Shown here: positions 13,401-25,440 of the stretch, in pieces
How positions within the stretch are numbered: position 1 is the stretch's first letter
How the letters are laid out: each line of letters opens with the position of its first letter
Assembly: GCF_002113885.1 (NCBI RefSeq)
Contig: NW_018408815.1
Location: 627,485-691,484 of the forward strand
From: Mizuhopecten yessoensis
Lineage: Eukaryota
Direction of reading: 5' to 3'
DNA: 64,000 nucleotides
Notes under the pieces: generated by a model
Database searches by the model: none
Told to the model about the DNA's origin: nothing
Seen by the model: only the letters and a program-made list of their open reading frames with translations
Translations under genes and position numbers: made by a program

Positions 13401-14790
13401 ACACCATGTTATGACTGTTACTTTGTATACAATAGGATACGTAAGGATTTGATACAGTCTCTAAGACAAAATGTTTTGACTGTATACAAAGTAACAGTCA
13501 TAACATGGTGTTTAAGAGACTGTATCAGCAGTCATAGCTTGGTGACTAAAAGACTGCATCAGCAGCCATAGCATCGTGTCTTAGAGACTGCATCTTTACG
13601 TTTCCTATTGTATTCAAAGTAACAGCCATAGCATGGTGTCTAAGAGACAGCACAACATCCATAGCATGGCGTCTTAGAGAATGCATCCTTACGTACCCTA
13701 TTGTATACAAGGTAACAGTCAAAACATTTTGTCTTAGAGACTGCATCCTTACTTACCCAATTGTATACAAACAAACATCCATAGCAAGATGTCTGAGAGA
13801 CTGCATCAACTAACATAGCAAGATGTCTGTGGGACTGCATCAACAACAATAGCAAGGTGTCTGAGAGAATGCATCAACAACAATAGCAAGGTGTCTGAGA
13901 GCCTGCATCAACACCCAAAGCATGGTGTCTGAGAGACTGCATCAACACCCAAAGCATGGTGTCTGAGAGACTGCATCATCAGCCATAGCAAGGTGTCTGA
14001 GGTACTGCATCAACAACCATAGCATGGTGTCTTAGACAGTGCATCAACAGCCATAGCAAGGTGTCTGAGGTACTGCATCAACAACCATAGCATGGTGTCT
14101 TAGAGACTGCATCGTTAAGTACCCTATTGTATACAAGCTAACATCCATAGCATGATGTCTGAGAGACTGCATCAACACCCAAAGCATGGTGTCTGAGAGA
14201 CCGTATCAACAGCCATAGCATGGTGTCCTAGAGACTGCATCCTTACGTATACAATAGGATACGTAAGGATGCAGTCTCTAGGACACCATGCTATGGCTGT
14301 TGATGTAGTCTCTCAGACACCTTGCTATGGTTGTTGATGCAGTCCCTCAGACACCTTGCTATGGTTGTTGATGCAGTCCCTCAGACATCTTGCTATGGTA
14401 GTTGATGCAGTCTCTCAGACACCTGCTATGGTTGTTGATGCAATCTCTCAGACACCTTGCTTTGGTTGTTGATGCAGTCTGTCTCTCAGAAACCTTGACA
14501 GGTTGTTGATGCAGTCTCTCAGACACCTTGCTATGGTTGTTGATGCAGTCTCTCAGACACCTTGCTATGGCTGTTGATGCAGTCTCTCAGACATCATGCT
14601 ATGGATGTTAGTTTGTATACAATTGGGTACGTAAGGATGTAGTCTCTCAGACACCATGCTATGGATGTTGATGCGGTCTCTCAGACATCATGCTATGGAT
14701 GTTAGTTTGTATACAATTTGGAACGTAATAATGTAGTCTCGCAGACACCATGCTATGGATGTTAGTTTGTATACAATAAGGTACGCAAGA
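10490..14790. repeat. Complex minisatellite: 34 bp unit plus 60 bp variant, with higher-order structure and an internal inversion (13481-14250)
   Basis: Unit gatgcagtctctaagacaccatgctatggctgtt; the long variant adds actttgtatacaatagggtacgtaag. A 161 bp higher-order repeat occurs near 10520-10880. Confidence 0.97.
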
Positions 14791-17700
14791 ATCCCGATGC
14801 TATGTGGTATCGTCTTCAGAAATACACTGGTATCGATCAGTCCGGCCGATAACGTGAAGAATATAATCTCATCTCGTGCCACTTTCGCGATTCAGGCCAA
14901 ACGAGATAGCCGTGCACACGATGTCTGTCGTGATAGGTGTGTTATGTCATCTACCAGACTCAGTCAATCTGTAAGATGCTGATTTCGTCAAGTCTGAACT
15001 GATAAGAAAATGGCAGAGTGAAAAAGATTGTCTTATGCATGCAACGCATACGGATAATAGCAAAACTTTATTACCTTTTGCAAATTGCTAACTGCTTGTT
15101 TCGAAATATGCAGCCGTTGTGATTGTCTTTACTTACATAACTGGTTTTACAATGACTTTCACCTAAACGAAGCATATAAAAAAGGCATTCATAAGTTGTT
15201 CATTCACAGAAATATTGAGATTCTTGTCAACCTGATCAACTTAAAACTTATAAACACCTCGGATAGGAAGTTTGTATATTGCAGCAGGTCATTACTTTTT
15301 AACGCGTTACTTACTTAATGAATCTTTTTGTTATCATTGTCCCTTTGCAAGAAAAACATTAAAGTATCACACTGGAGTTTTTCGTACAAACGGTTATCTC
15401 ACTTTGGTATTGTTTTGGATATGACCGTAGCTGGACGGGCGGAGTGACTTCCGTTGACCAGACAACACAGTTACTTAGGAAACGTGACAGTATAGTGATG
15501 AATGGTTGAGCCCTAATCAGGACCCGTTGCATCTTAACACATAGTTTAGTGTTTTGTTTCAATCAGTTTTGAAAACGTGGTTTTTGCCAAGTTTGCGTTA
15601 ATACTTCGATTGACCTTTGGTTAACACTCGCAATAGACCTGGGTATTGACTTACTTTTCCTCCTGGATATGGTGGAGGATATGGCGATGGATGTCACCAG
15701 TGGTGCCGTGTACACTTCTTTTTCCGGAACAATGAATGTCACATCCGGTATATTTTTGGAGTTTATCGTGTCTATTCTTTCGTTTTGATTTTTATTGATT
15801 TTCAACTCTTTTTATATTTTGTCCATTTGACTTGTTCAGCTTAGTATACTTATTTTACATGCAATAGACAAATAAGTTTTCACTGTTTGCACGAGTCGTA
15901 TATGAATTTATCTCGGCGCTCTTAGTTTAATCCACCATAAGTGAAGTCAATATTCGACACAAACATGTTAGTTTAGATCTAATACAAATGCATCGTTATT
16001 TATCATCCAACACATTTACACCTAACAAATGTTACAACCAGATTGCCCAAACTTAAAATTGTTGCCAATTTTGTCAAACTAAAAAGAAATCTTTACCAAA
16101 TAAAGTTTATTTTTGGAAACATTGGTGAAATAAATTGCATACACTCGTAAAATAGCAACATTCGAACAAAGGTGGAACTTATCGAACATGACAACGTCTG
16201 CTGGTTATTCTCAATGACAACCATTCGTGTGTGCAGTGTAATGAACACCTTTAGATAATAAAATTTTCATGTCCTCATTACTTTCCAGAGTAGACGTTTC
16301 TATCACCCTTACAAATCATCTTGGTGTAATAATTAAAATGAACCATTTATCACGAGGCGTACCACCTTGTCTCAATGGTGTCTCTTTATTTTTGTCCTGT
16401 TACTGTATGGGATCGTTACTAGGGTGTACACGCAATTATTTTCGGCATGAAGTATTGTTTTTATAGTGATGTGTATGCGGTTTAAGTACACAAGGCGAAA
16501 ATTTCACTCAAATGCGCCAGATTTCTGCTGCTTTATTTTACAAGAAAATCGCAAATTGACCACAAATGATCTCAATTAACATAATTTAAAATAAATAACG
16601 TCCTTTCTGTGATGTGTAGTAAACCCGTTATGTATATATTGTATGCCCTTATCTGATCTGTTCAGTTAATGAGACGTCAATAAGTTTCTTGCACTAAGTT
16701 AAACATAATGTGCAACCGGCAGGACCATGACGAAAGTATAAAGGTGTCCAGCATGGTTTGTGTTGTCAAATGTGTTGTTTAAGGAAGATGCTTTATGAAC
16801 TAAGTTTGATTTATTCAATTAATTAATATCTGCACGTATAATCGTTTGGAAGATTGTTAACAGTTTACAAAAGAGAAGCACTTTGCTATTATCTCACAAA
16901 TATAGCCCATGCTACTACACCTCTGCTTGTTACACAATTTATTATAACCAAGCTAGTTACACATACTCCTATTAACCCAAATGCAACCTTGATTTTGTTC
17001 TTTAATATACATAAATACATCAGGTTCTTTCATATGTATAAAACAGTTCAGTTGAATACTAACTAAGGATCACATATGAAACAGAAATAGACAGTATGAA
17101 TTGACAATAATCCTTTGCACTGTAGTGATGGAATATCATGAACATGTCTGGCGAAAAAAAACTATCTAAACAAACGTAATAAATGATAAATAGCAATTTG
17201 CGAATAACTGTTTTTTGTTGACTGAAACTGACATGATTGATAATAAAACGTTAATGATTTTCAGCCTGATCATTCATTTGACGTGGTACTTTCCGAATAA
17301 ATAGATTTTCCTGACAGCGAAACGTGTTAGCTGTCCGTCGTAGTCGACGCATATGTTGAGATATTTGTTTTTGGCTTGATTTGGTAGAACAGTTTTGCTT
17401 TTAAGATGTTACACATAATCAATACATACGGTTAACACTGGATAAAATTTCCAAATTGAGAAATACCAATTTGTTTTATTATTAATCAAGTTCTGTACTT
17501 CTGTGAAGTCGTATTGCTTGTGTTGGTGTCGCGATGGATGGTTGATTTCCTTAATGTTTTATTTGTTATCGTTTAATCAATTATAGCTTGTTTTATCAGT
17601 CGTTTGATCGATGACAGATAGTCACGCTGATAGTGAACGGTTTCCGTGTCTCGTTTTACACTGAATTAAATGTTCTTCAATCAAAGCATCTGTGGAGCGT

Positions 17701-20700
17701 GTTTCGACATGACTATATTAACAACATGGTGCCATATTATCAATGTATGTGAAAGCACTTTTGATTGTTTGAATTCGAAACTTTTCTAAATAGATAACAA
17801 GGTACAGATTGTAAACAACGCATTACCTTCGGTCTATGCGATTCCACAGTTATCGTTTTGTTCCGATATTTTATTCTGATTTTGTTTTTCGTTCCGACTC
17901 TTCATTCTAAATTTCTATTCCGATTTTTTCCTTTTTATGGTGACATTTCGTTCACAATTTCTAATGCTACATAGAAAATAAATAAAGCACATGATCCCAT
18001 TTCCCCTAAAGATTGATAGGATGAAAATAATGATTATGCTATATCAATACGATTAAAATGTAGAGATTGTTGATATAGTTAGTATCATAGAGTAACAAAA
18101 ACAGTGAGTACACCGCACTACAAACAAATTATGCTATCTTTACTAATCTTAAGAAAATGGGTCAATGTCAAATTAATAATCTAGTTATAAATGTTCTTTT
18201 GCAAGCAATGCTTCCGGTACACGTACACGCGTTTGTAATCAAGGTACTGGTGAAAGATAATTAATGCAGTATGATGATAGGTGTAGTTTGTTATATCATA
18301 TATGTGTTTCATTACCTGATCAGAAGAGCCCTAACGAAACAATTAAGTTAATAATGTTTGTTTTGAAACACAGTGGTAAATACAAAGACATGCATCTCCT
18401 TTTAGGATTCAGTTCATAAACAGGTTTCAGAAAAAGAAGTTATAAAAGGTAAACTCCCACCATGTACAGCCAGTACAGGTCTGCTTTGTTCCTGATAGAC
18501 ACAGTCGTTTCATGTCATATAGAACTTGATAGCAAATATATACCAACAGCGCATAACGTTGTGAACAAATAAATATCAGCAACGTGATATGGAGGAATAC
18601 AAAGTACTCAGATTGGAACAAAATATCGATATTTTCTTGTCAGATTTGTATATATAAACTCAAAAAAATAAAAAAGAAAGAATACTTTATCTCGTGACAT
18701 TTTTGTATTGTGTGTATAAAACCCGGGATAAACAAACATCCGGGTATGCTTAGGTTTTACCGTATGCTAATTCCAAGTGTATTCTCTCAATGTCTTAGAT
18801 TATGTTTTAAAGCGTATCTTATGAGTTCAACTACCGTGTTACAGTCAATATTCTGACCCCGAAAATACAAAACGTTCTCAATTGTTAAAATGTTATTTAT
18901 TTTAACAGCTCTGTTTTCTTTAACGTTTATTGATGTAGCCAATTATTTATACATTGTTTGGCATCGCGCATCGATTAAATGAATACTTAAACATGCACTA
19001 TCTTAAGTTCTGACGATTATTCATGAATGAAGTTGAGAGTTCAGGTCTTGACATAAGACAGAAAATGAATTGTAAAAAATCAAACAAAATTAGAAATGTA
19101 GAATTCAAAATAAGATAAAGTGTCATGTAATACCAGGAAAAGAATTGAGAAACAAGAATATGAGTTCCTAATATTGTCACTATGGTAACCCGAATTCATC
19201 ATCTTACTCTCTAAATCATTTTGTCAGATGACAGTTGTTTATTGTGTGGACGTACAATGTATATAATCCCGATTTCCTGCAGTGATTTAGAAAAATCCTA
19301 CACCACTCGTCAGCCATGAAGGTTGCTTCTATTCCATAATTAATGTAACAATAAGAGAATATCGAAGTGACACGTGTAATGTCATGTTCTCAAAGTGCAA
19401 ATTGGAGCAATGACAACGAAACCATAAAGCATATCAACATAACAACGGACAATAAATGTCAACAATGCTTAACACCGAAGAAAGCAGGCGGGATTCCGTC
19501 TTCAAGGCACATTTAATGGTAATTTTTTAACATAAGCAATTAAGTCGATTTGCAATTATGATTAAATTGCGTATTTCTGCAATGCTATGTTGCCATTAGT
19601 ATACGTGATTTAACAAGGCTTCGAGATAATAAGCACACGAAATGAAAAACACATTATTACGATTCTTGTCTTGGGGAAGATAGGTAATAATAAATGAAGA
19701 CTTGGCATGATAACATCAAATGAATTCAACGACGGTGTTTATTGGGTTGACTGTATATAAAGACAGAATGAAACTTGTTCAAATTGCATTATAATCTGCT
19801 TTGAAAAGTTTGCCCTCGACTATCAGCTAGCCATAACGTTTAATGTTTGCTGTTGATAAAATTGTATAGTTATGTGAAGTATCACACAGTAGCTTAATTG
19901 CTTCATCATTTCTTTGTACTAGTGCTTTGATGTCTTGGCCGAGATAACAAACATGAACATATTTTAGATGAGCCACTCCACCATACATATCCAGTGAGTG
20001 TATCTATGTTTTGTGAAAATTAGTTTTCATCGTCATTAGTGTGGTGAATTCATGTCCCAGTGTTCATTTACGTAAAAAAGTTTTTCATCGTTATCGGTAT
20101 TGTAAATGCATATACCAATTGGTGTGTTTTTAGAGTCACTCTGATAATCATCCATGATAAAATTACACTTAGATATGTCCATAAAAGCATACATTATAAA
20201 AAGATATCGTATTTTGAAATACACAAATGCAGTAGTAAGGACTTGATTAATGAGGTAAGGAATCACCTATTTAATAAATGAAAAAGTCGACATAAAAAGG
20301 CAAGCAAAATAAACTTCTTACTGCACCATATGAACATTTAGTCAATATAAAACTAATCAGTGGTATTTCAAGAATAAAAGAAAAAAAATGTTGTATAAAT
20401 TGTACTTAACACGACCTTTACAACTTTCATCTTTTGCAACAACAAGTAATGTATTCTTTTACTACATGTAAACCGTGACAGAATGAATTCTACGACAAGG
20501 ATAGCTGGTTTCCGCATTCACTGATTTACATTCATCGTAGTGTACAATATGTGATAAATCTATGCCCCGTGTCCCTAGTTGTTTCTAGTTTAGGCTTATT
20601 AGTTGTAAATCATTCGTCCAATGTCGATGAACATCACGGTGATATATTTAAAAGATGTATTTGGCTAACATCGTTGCGTGCCATCTTCCCCTCAGCAGGA

Positions 20701-20975
20701 TACGCGCAGTGATATATGCACTCTGTCTTAACTTCCCCGTTATCAGCGACATTAGGACTTGTTATCAAGTATTTCCTGGAAACCCCAACGGTGCACAAAA
20801 ATCACATCTATTTCGTGAATTGTTCAAATTATAAAAATAATGTATAAACCATAATAAAAAAATATATTTTTTCNGAAACCCCAACGGTGCACAAAAATCA
20901 CATCTATTTCGTGAATTGTTCAAATTATAAAAATAATGTATAAACCATAATAAAAAAATATATTTTTTCTTTTAT

Positions 20976-21222
20976 GGGCGGATTGGTCGAGTGGTTAACA
21001 CTCCGGCCTTCCAAGCAGGCAGCCGGGGTTCGATCCACGAAGTCGCCGTACGCATGGAATATTAGAGAAAGAGAAAGTGTATTTATCCTGCCTATACAAC
21101 TCCAACAACCCAGGTGGAGTATAAAAATGTCTGAGGTGGGTGTTGCGGTATCTGTACTGTAGCATTCAAGTGAGATGGCACTATAAATGATGCCGTTGGA
21201 AACACGGTCCCACTACAAACAG
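20976..21222 (+). mobile_element. tRNA-derived SINE (tRNA-Gly(TCC)-like head), family A copy 1
   Basis: A box tggtcgagtgg, B box ggttcgatcc, and gccttccaagcag matching the tRNA-Gly(TCC) anticodon arm. A second full-length copy lies at 51621-51863. The 3' part (agtgagatggcactataaa) resembles the Meta-type SINE domain from recollection. Confidence 0.85.
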
Positions 21223-22570
21223 ATTTTTTATTTTTTACATTCCAGTACATTGAATACAATAGGATGTTTACAAGCTAAAGCTGCAGTGAGAGCAGATGCA
21301 CTTTAAGTACTGGACTATTAGCAATAGCTATTATTTATGCATTTCTAACACTCCGTTGTATTTCTTATTCAAGCTGTGTGGGCACTTCTTATACTGGCTA
21401 TGTGAAGAGCATACATATGAATCTAATACATAATGAAAATACGGTAATTACGTCCCGCGCTAACCCTAATAACTTATTTTTCTCCTCTTGTACGCCTAAT
21501 TAAGCGATGAAGAAAAGATACAGGCGTTGCAATTTCATTACAGATATTGAATAATAGCCTCACAAACGCTTCTCATCGCTAAACTATTGTAAGGAGCCGG
21601 AAAAAACGAAATTAGCAATATACTTCTTGCGTTAATGGGCTCACAGTTCCGCCAGTAAATCATCCCTTGCATTGTTTGGTATATAGGTCCACTCTAACGG
21701 ATGTATTTATAATCAGGTAGAGATAACTCTAGCATATTAAATCGTCTTATTTCTTTTGCTTTTAATGAGCAAATTCATCACAATCAAATGGACGTTGATG
21801 AACTAGTGGTGTAAGGAACGCACTCTGATTTTTATGAAATATTACATGAAATAATGATGGGCATCAGATCATGTCGGAAATTCTTTTCTTACTCCAGAGT
21901 GATTTATCTTGACCCTCACCCCTTACCATTTCTTCCCTTTTTTAAACTTTAGTGTGCACTAAATACTACATGTAACTGAAGAATGAAGGATGTTGGTGCC
22001 ATGTACATAGCACATTGAAATCAATGTTAGAGATTTCTCGCTGAGAGACGTTAATTCTTAATTCTGAGAGTATGTCGTTAGGGATATGCATCGGCAGCAT
22101 ATTTGATAGTTCCATGTCCTCATTACTAAAGAAATACATCTTTTTAGAATTAGTTTCAGTCTCTGTATTCCACATAAAAGAAATACATTGATAGCACGTT
22201 GACGCTTAATTATTGTAGAAAATTTGGGATTTCTTATTTCCAGTCATGTATAAAGACATCCTTAAAAAAAAAAAAAAAAAGTTCATATATAGCTTCACAC
22301 ATCACATACAAGATATGTCAAGATAATAGTTGAACGGGCCAACTAATCTAGACACCCCAGTATATACATTATTTATTAAAAATCTAAAGAAAGAGGCACC
22401 AATTTTCAGTTGAAATATCTATAATTTATTAAATAATTCGTCAATCAAATTTCAACAATAGCAAAAACATAGCGATAAAACTTGACGTAGTTGGTACACT
22501 CAAACTGACTCTCGACAGAAAATATTAATGGTATACTGGAGCTTATTTGAAGAATTAGCTTCCGTTAGCT

Positions 22571-22696
22571 CTGAAAATAACGTAATATTCCAGTCGAAGG
22601 AAACATAAGCGTTTCCGAGGAAACCAATCAAGTCCGTTCAGCGCCGCATCACTTCAAAATACATGTAATCTATCAATGCGCGAAAAACAGCTTTAA
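22571..22696 (+). mobile_element. Dispersed repeat end terminating in CAGCT-TTAA, copy 2
   Basis: ctgaaaataacg…aacataagcgtttccga…gtccgttcagcgccgcatcactt…atcaatgcgcg-aaaacagctttaa shared with 880-1004. Confidence 0.6.
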
Positions 22697-24082
22697 TATT
22701 AAGTAAAATGACTTCCAGACACTGTGCTATTAGAATAGATGTACTCAAGATTATTATGTAACGAAATGTCTTTTTTTTTTATTAAAAATAAATGATATCC
22801 ATACCCTTTAAAGCCAGTAAAGGGACGTAATCCAGAAGAAGCAGAGGTGATAATGGCTTTCATTTTTTCCCTCTAGATAACATTCCAAAATTGACATAAG
22901 TTCTCCGTCAACATATAATGCATACAATTTTAGCACACATCCTTAAAAGGCTTTCAAAGTCCTATGTAATAAATGTATAGCATCGTCTGATTAGTGTGAG
23001 GGAAACATTGGTCACGTCATGTACACCGCGAGGCATATACCTTACTGCTCCGTAAAACCATCTTTATGTGTTCCTAGACAATAACATTTCCCGCTTTTAT
23101 GCCTATATCTGTCAAAATGTCCTTAGTCTGGTTTTACTCTAACAAAGTAACTTTTCATGATGGAGTTCATGAAGGTTTCGTCTCTCAAGTTCAAAGCAGT
23201 GATCAGGGAATTATATTTCTAACGTCTTGAGACGTAAAAAGATAAAACTTGGATAACAAATAAAGAAATCTTAAGCATGGCTTCGAATAAGCTACATTGT
23301 AGGTTGAACGATAATCAAGACACAAAATATATGTCGGTGGACATTCGTGTGTTACGCTAAATAAAGTGCCAACTTGTTTTGCGCTTAGATCAGAAAGAAC
23401 AGCCTGTCATTGACCTATTTGAACAATATTCTGGTCCCCTCAATACACTACTGGTACCTATACACTGTATTAGTGTTTGAATTTACATTCATACACAGGT
23501 CTCGTGGTATACGCTGGCTTATGTTCGTAAACATACATATCAATCCAAGGATGAACAAGAATCGATAAATAAGCCAAAAGCAGGAAATTAAGTATTAGAT
23601 ATAACTCGGAAATCTAATAATGTGTCTGTATGTTTGGACAACGTAATTGTCAACATGGGTTTATTAAGCCCTGTTAAAGTAGACGTTAATCTCGACAACA
23701 CATTCATGGAATGTGTCACCAGCTATACTGCTTTTGAATCGTCTCATATATTAAACTCTTATCTTAATTTCGCATTGTCCTTGAGATTGATAGCGACATT
23801 TGGGTTGGTGCCTTCTGTTAATGCAGAATTTGAAGAAAAAATTGTTCAATATCATTGGGACTACGACTTTGTGTTTTCGCGGATAGAAATTTGCCAAATT
23901 TCCTTCAAAGTGGGAGAATTAACAACTATCAGAGATTCAAAAAAGGCTTGGAATGCAATATCCGTCAATTACTTGTAAACAAGATGTCTTAAAACCGGAA
24001 TACACATTACAGCATTTCACTGAGGTCGTAAAACGTTAGGAAACGCAATTCATCAAGTCCGTTCAGCGCCGCATCACAAAAA

Positions 24083-24345
24083 AATACTAAATTACAGTGA
24101 AGTTGTAAAATACTAAAATACAATGAAGTTGTACAATACTAAATTACAGTGAAGTTGTAAAATACTAAAATACAATGAAGTTGTACAATACTAAATTACA
24201 GTGAAGTTGTACAATACTAAATTACAGTGAAGTTGTAAAATACTAAAATACAGTGAAGGTGTACAATACTAAATTACAGTGAAGTTGTACAATACTAAAT
24301 TACAGTGAAGTTATACAATACTTAATTACAGTGAGGTTATAAAAA
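24083..24345. repeat. Minisatellite, 26 bp unit (about 10 copies)
   Basis: atactaaattacagtgaagttgtaca repeated. Confidence 0.95.
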
Positions 24346-25440
24346 CATATGTCATAACAGTGATGTCGTAAAACTTGACTACACAATAGAACATTGCATT
24401 GATGTCGTAAAACGTGAGTACACATTATAACATTGCACTGATGTTGTAAAACGTGAGTACACATTAGAACATTGCACTGATGTCGTAAAACGTGATTACA
24501 CAATAGAACATTACTTAACAGTGATGTAGTAAAACATGAGTACACATTAGAACAATGCATAGATGTCATAAAACGTGAGTACACAATAGAATATTACAGT
24601 AATGTCGTAAAACTTGAGTACACAATAAAACATTACAGTGATGTCGTAAAACGTGAGTACACAATAGAACATTGTACTGATGTCGTAATGGGTGAGTACA
24701 CAATAGAACATTACACTGATGTCGTAAAACGTGAGTAGATAATAGAACATTACATTACAGTAATGTCGTAAAACTTGAGTACACAATAAAACATTACAGT
24801 GATGTCGTAAACCGTGAGTACACAATGGATCCTTTCTTTACAATGATGTAGTAAAACGTGAGTACACATTAGAACATTGCACTTATGTCGTAAAACGTGA
24901 GTACACAACAGACCATAACAGTGATGTCGTAAAACTTGAGTACACAATAAAACATTATAGTGAAGTCGTAAAACGTGAGTACACAATAGATCCTTTCTTT
25001 ACAATGATGTAGTAAAACGTGAGTACACATTAGAACATTGCACTTATGTCGTAAAACGTGAGTACACAGCAGACCATAACAGTGATGTCGTAAAACTTGA
25101 GTACACAATAGAACATTACACTGATGTCGTAAAACGTGAGTACACAACAGACCATAACAGTGATGTCGTAAAACTTGAGTACACAATAGAACATTACACT
25201 GATGTCGTAAAACGTGAGTATACAACAGAAAATTACACTGATGTCGTAAAACGTGAGTACACAATAGAACATTACACTGATGTCGTAAAACGTGAGTACA
25301 CAACAGACCATAACAGTGATGTCGTAAAACTTCAGTACACAATAGAACATTGCACTGATGTCGTAAAACGTGAGTACACAATAGAACATTGCACTTAAGT
25401 CTTAAAAAACGTGAGAGCACAACATTATATTACACTGGAG
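24346..25440. repeat. Minisatellite, 39 bp unit (about 27 copies) with a 161 bp sub-duplication
   Basis: tgatgtcgtaaaacgtgagtacacaatagaacattacac repeated; the variant gatcctttctttacaat occurs at 24828 and 24989. Confidence 0.95.

Noticed and set aside
10358-14882. Many ORFs with repeating 'MQSLRHHAMAV' peptides
   Set aside because: Translations of the 34/60 bp satellite in shifting frames and on both strands; no coding signal.
15359-15805. Two adjacent minus-strand ORFs in a moderately GC-rich patch
   Set aside because: No recognisable domain, non-ATG starts and no convincing splice sites; a decayed exon or TE fragment cannot be excluded without tBLASTx.
20779-20969. Exact 95 bp direct repeat on either side of the N at 20874
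   Set aside because: Identical sequence flanking a single-N gap is a typical unmerged contig overlap, so this is an assembly artefact.
20974-21162. Paralogous ORFs 'MGGLVEWLTLRPSKQAAG' here and at 51671-51865; also a possible tRNA-Gly gene
   Set aside because: Both are translations of SINE copies. The tRNA-like head lacks an acceptor stem and continues into the SINE body.
22790-22960. Possible Helentron/HINE internal fragments here and at about 35370-35700
   Set aside because: Only vague motif resemblance; no termini could be defined.
24300-25420. Cys/His-rich ORFs up to 183 aa resembling zinc-finger repeats
   Set aside because: Open only because the 39 bp unit is a multiple of 3; overlapping frames are equally open and the array frameshifts.
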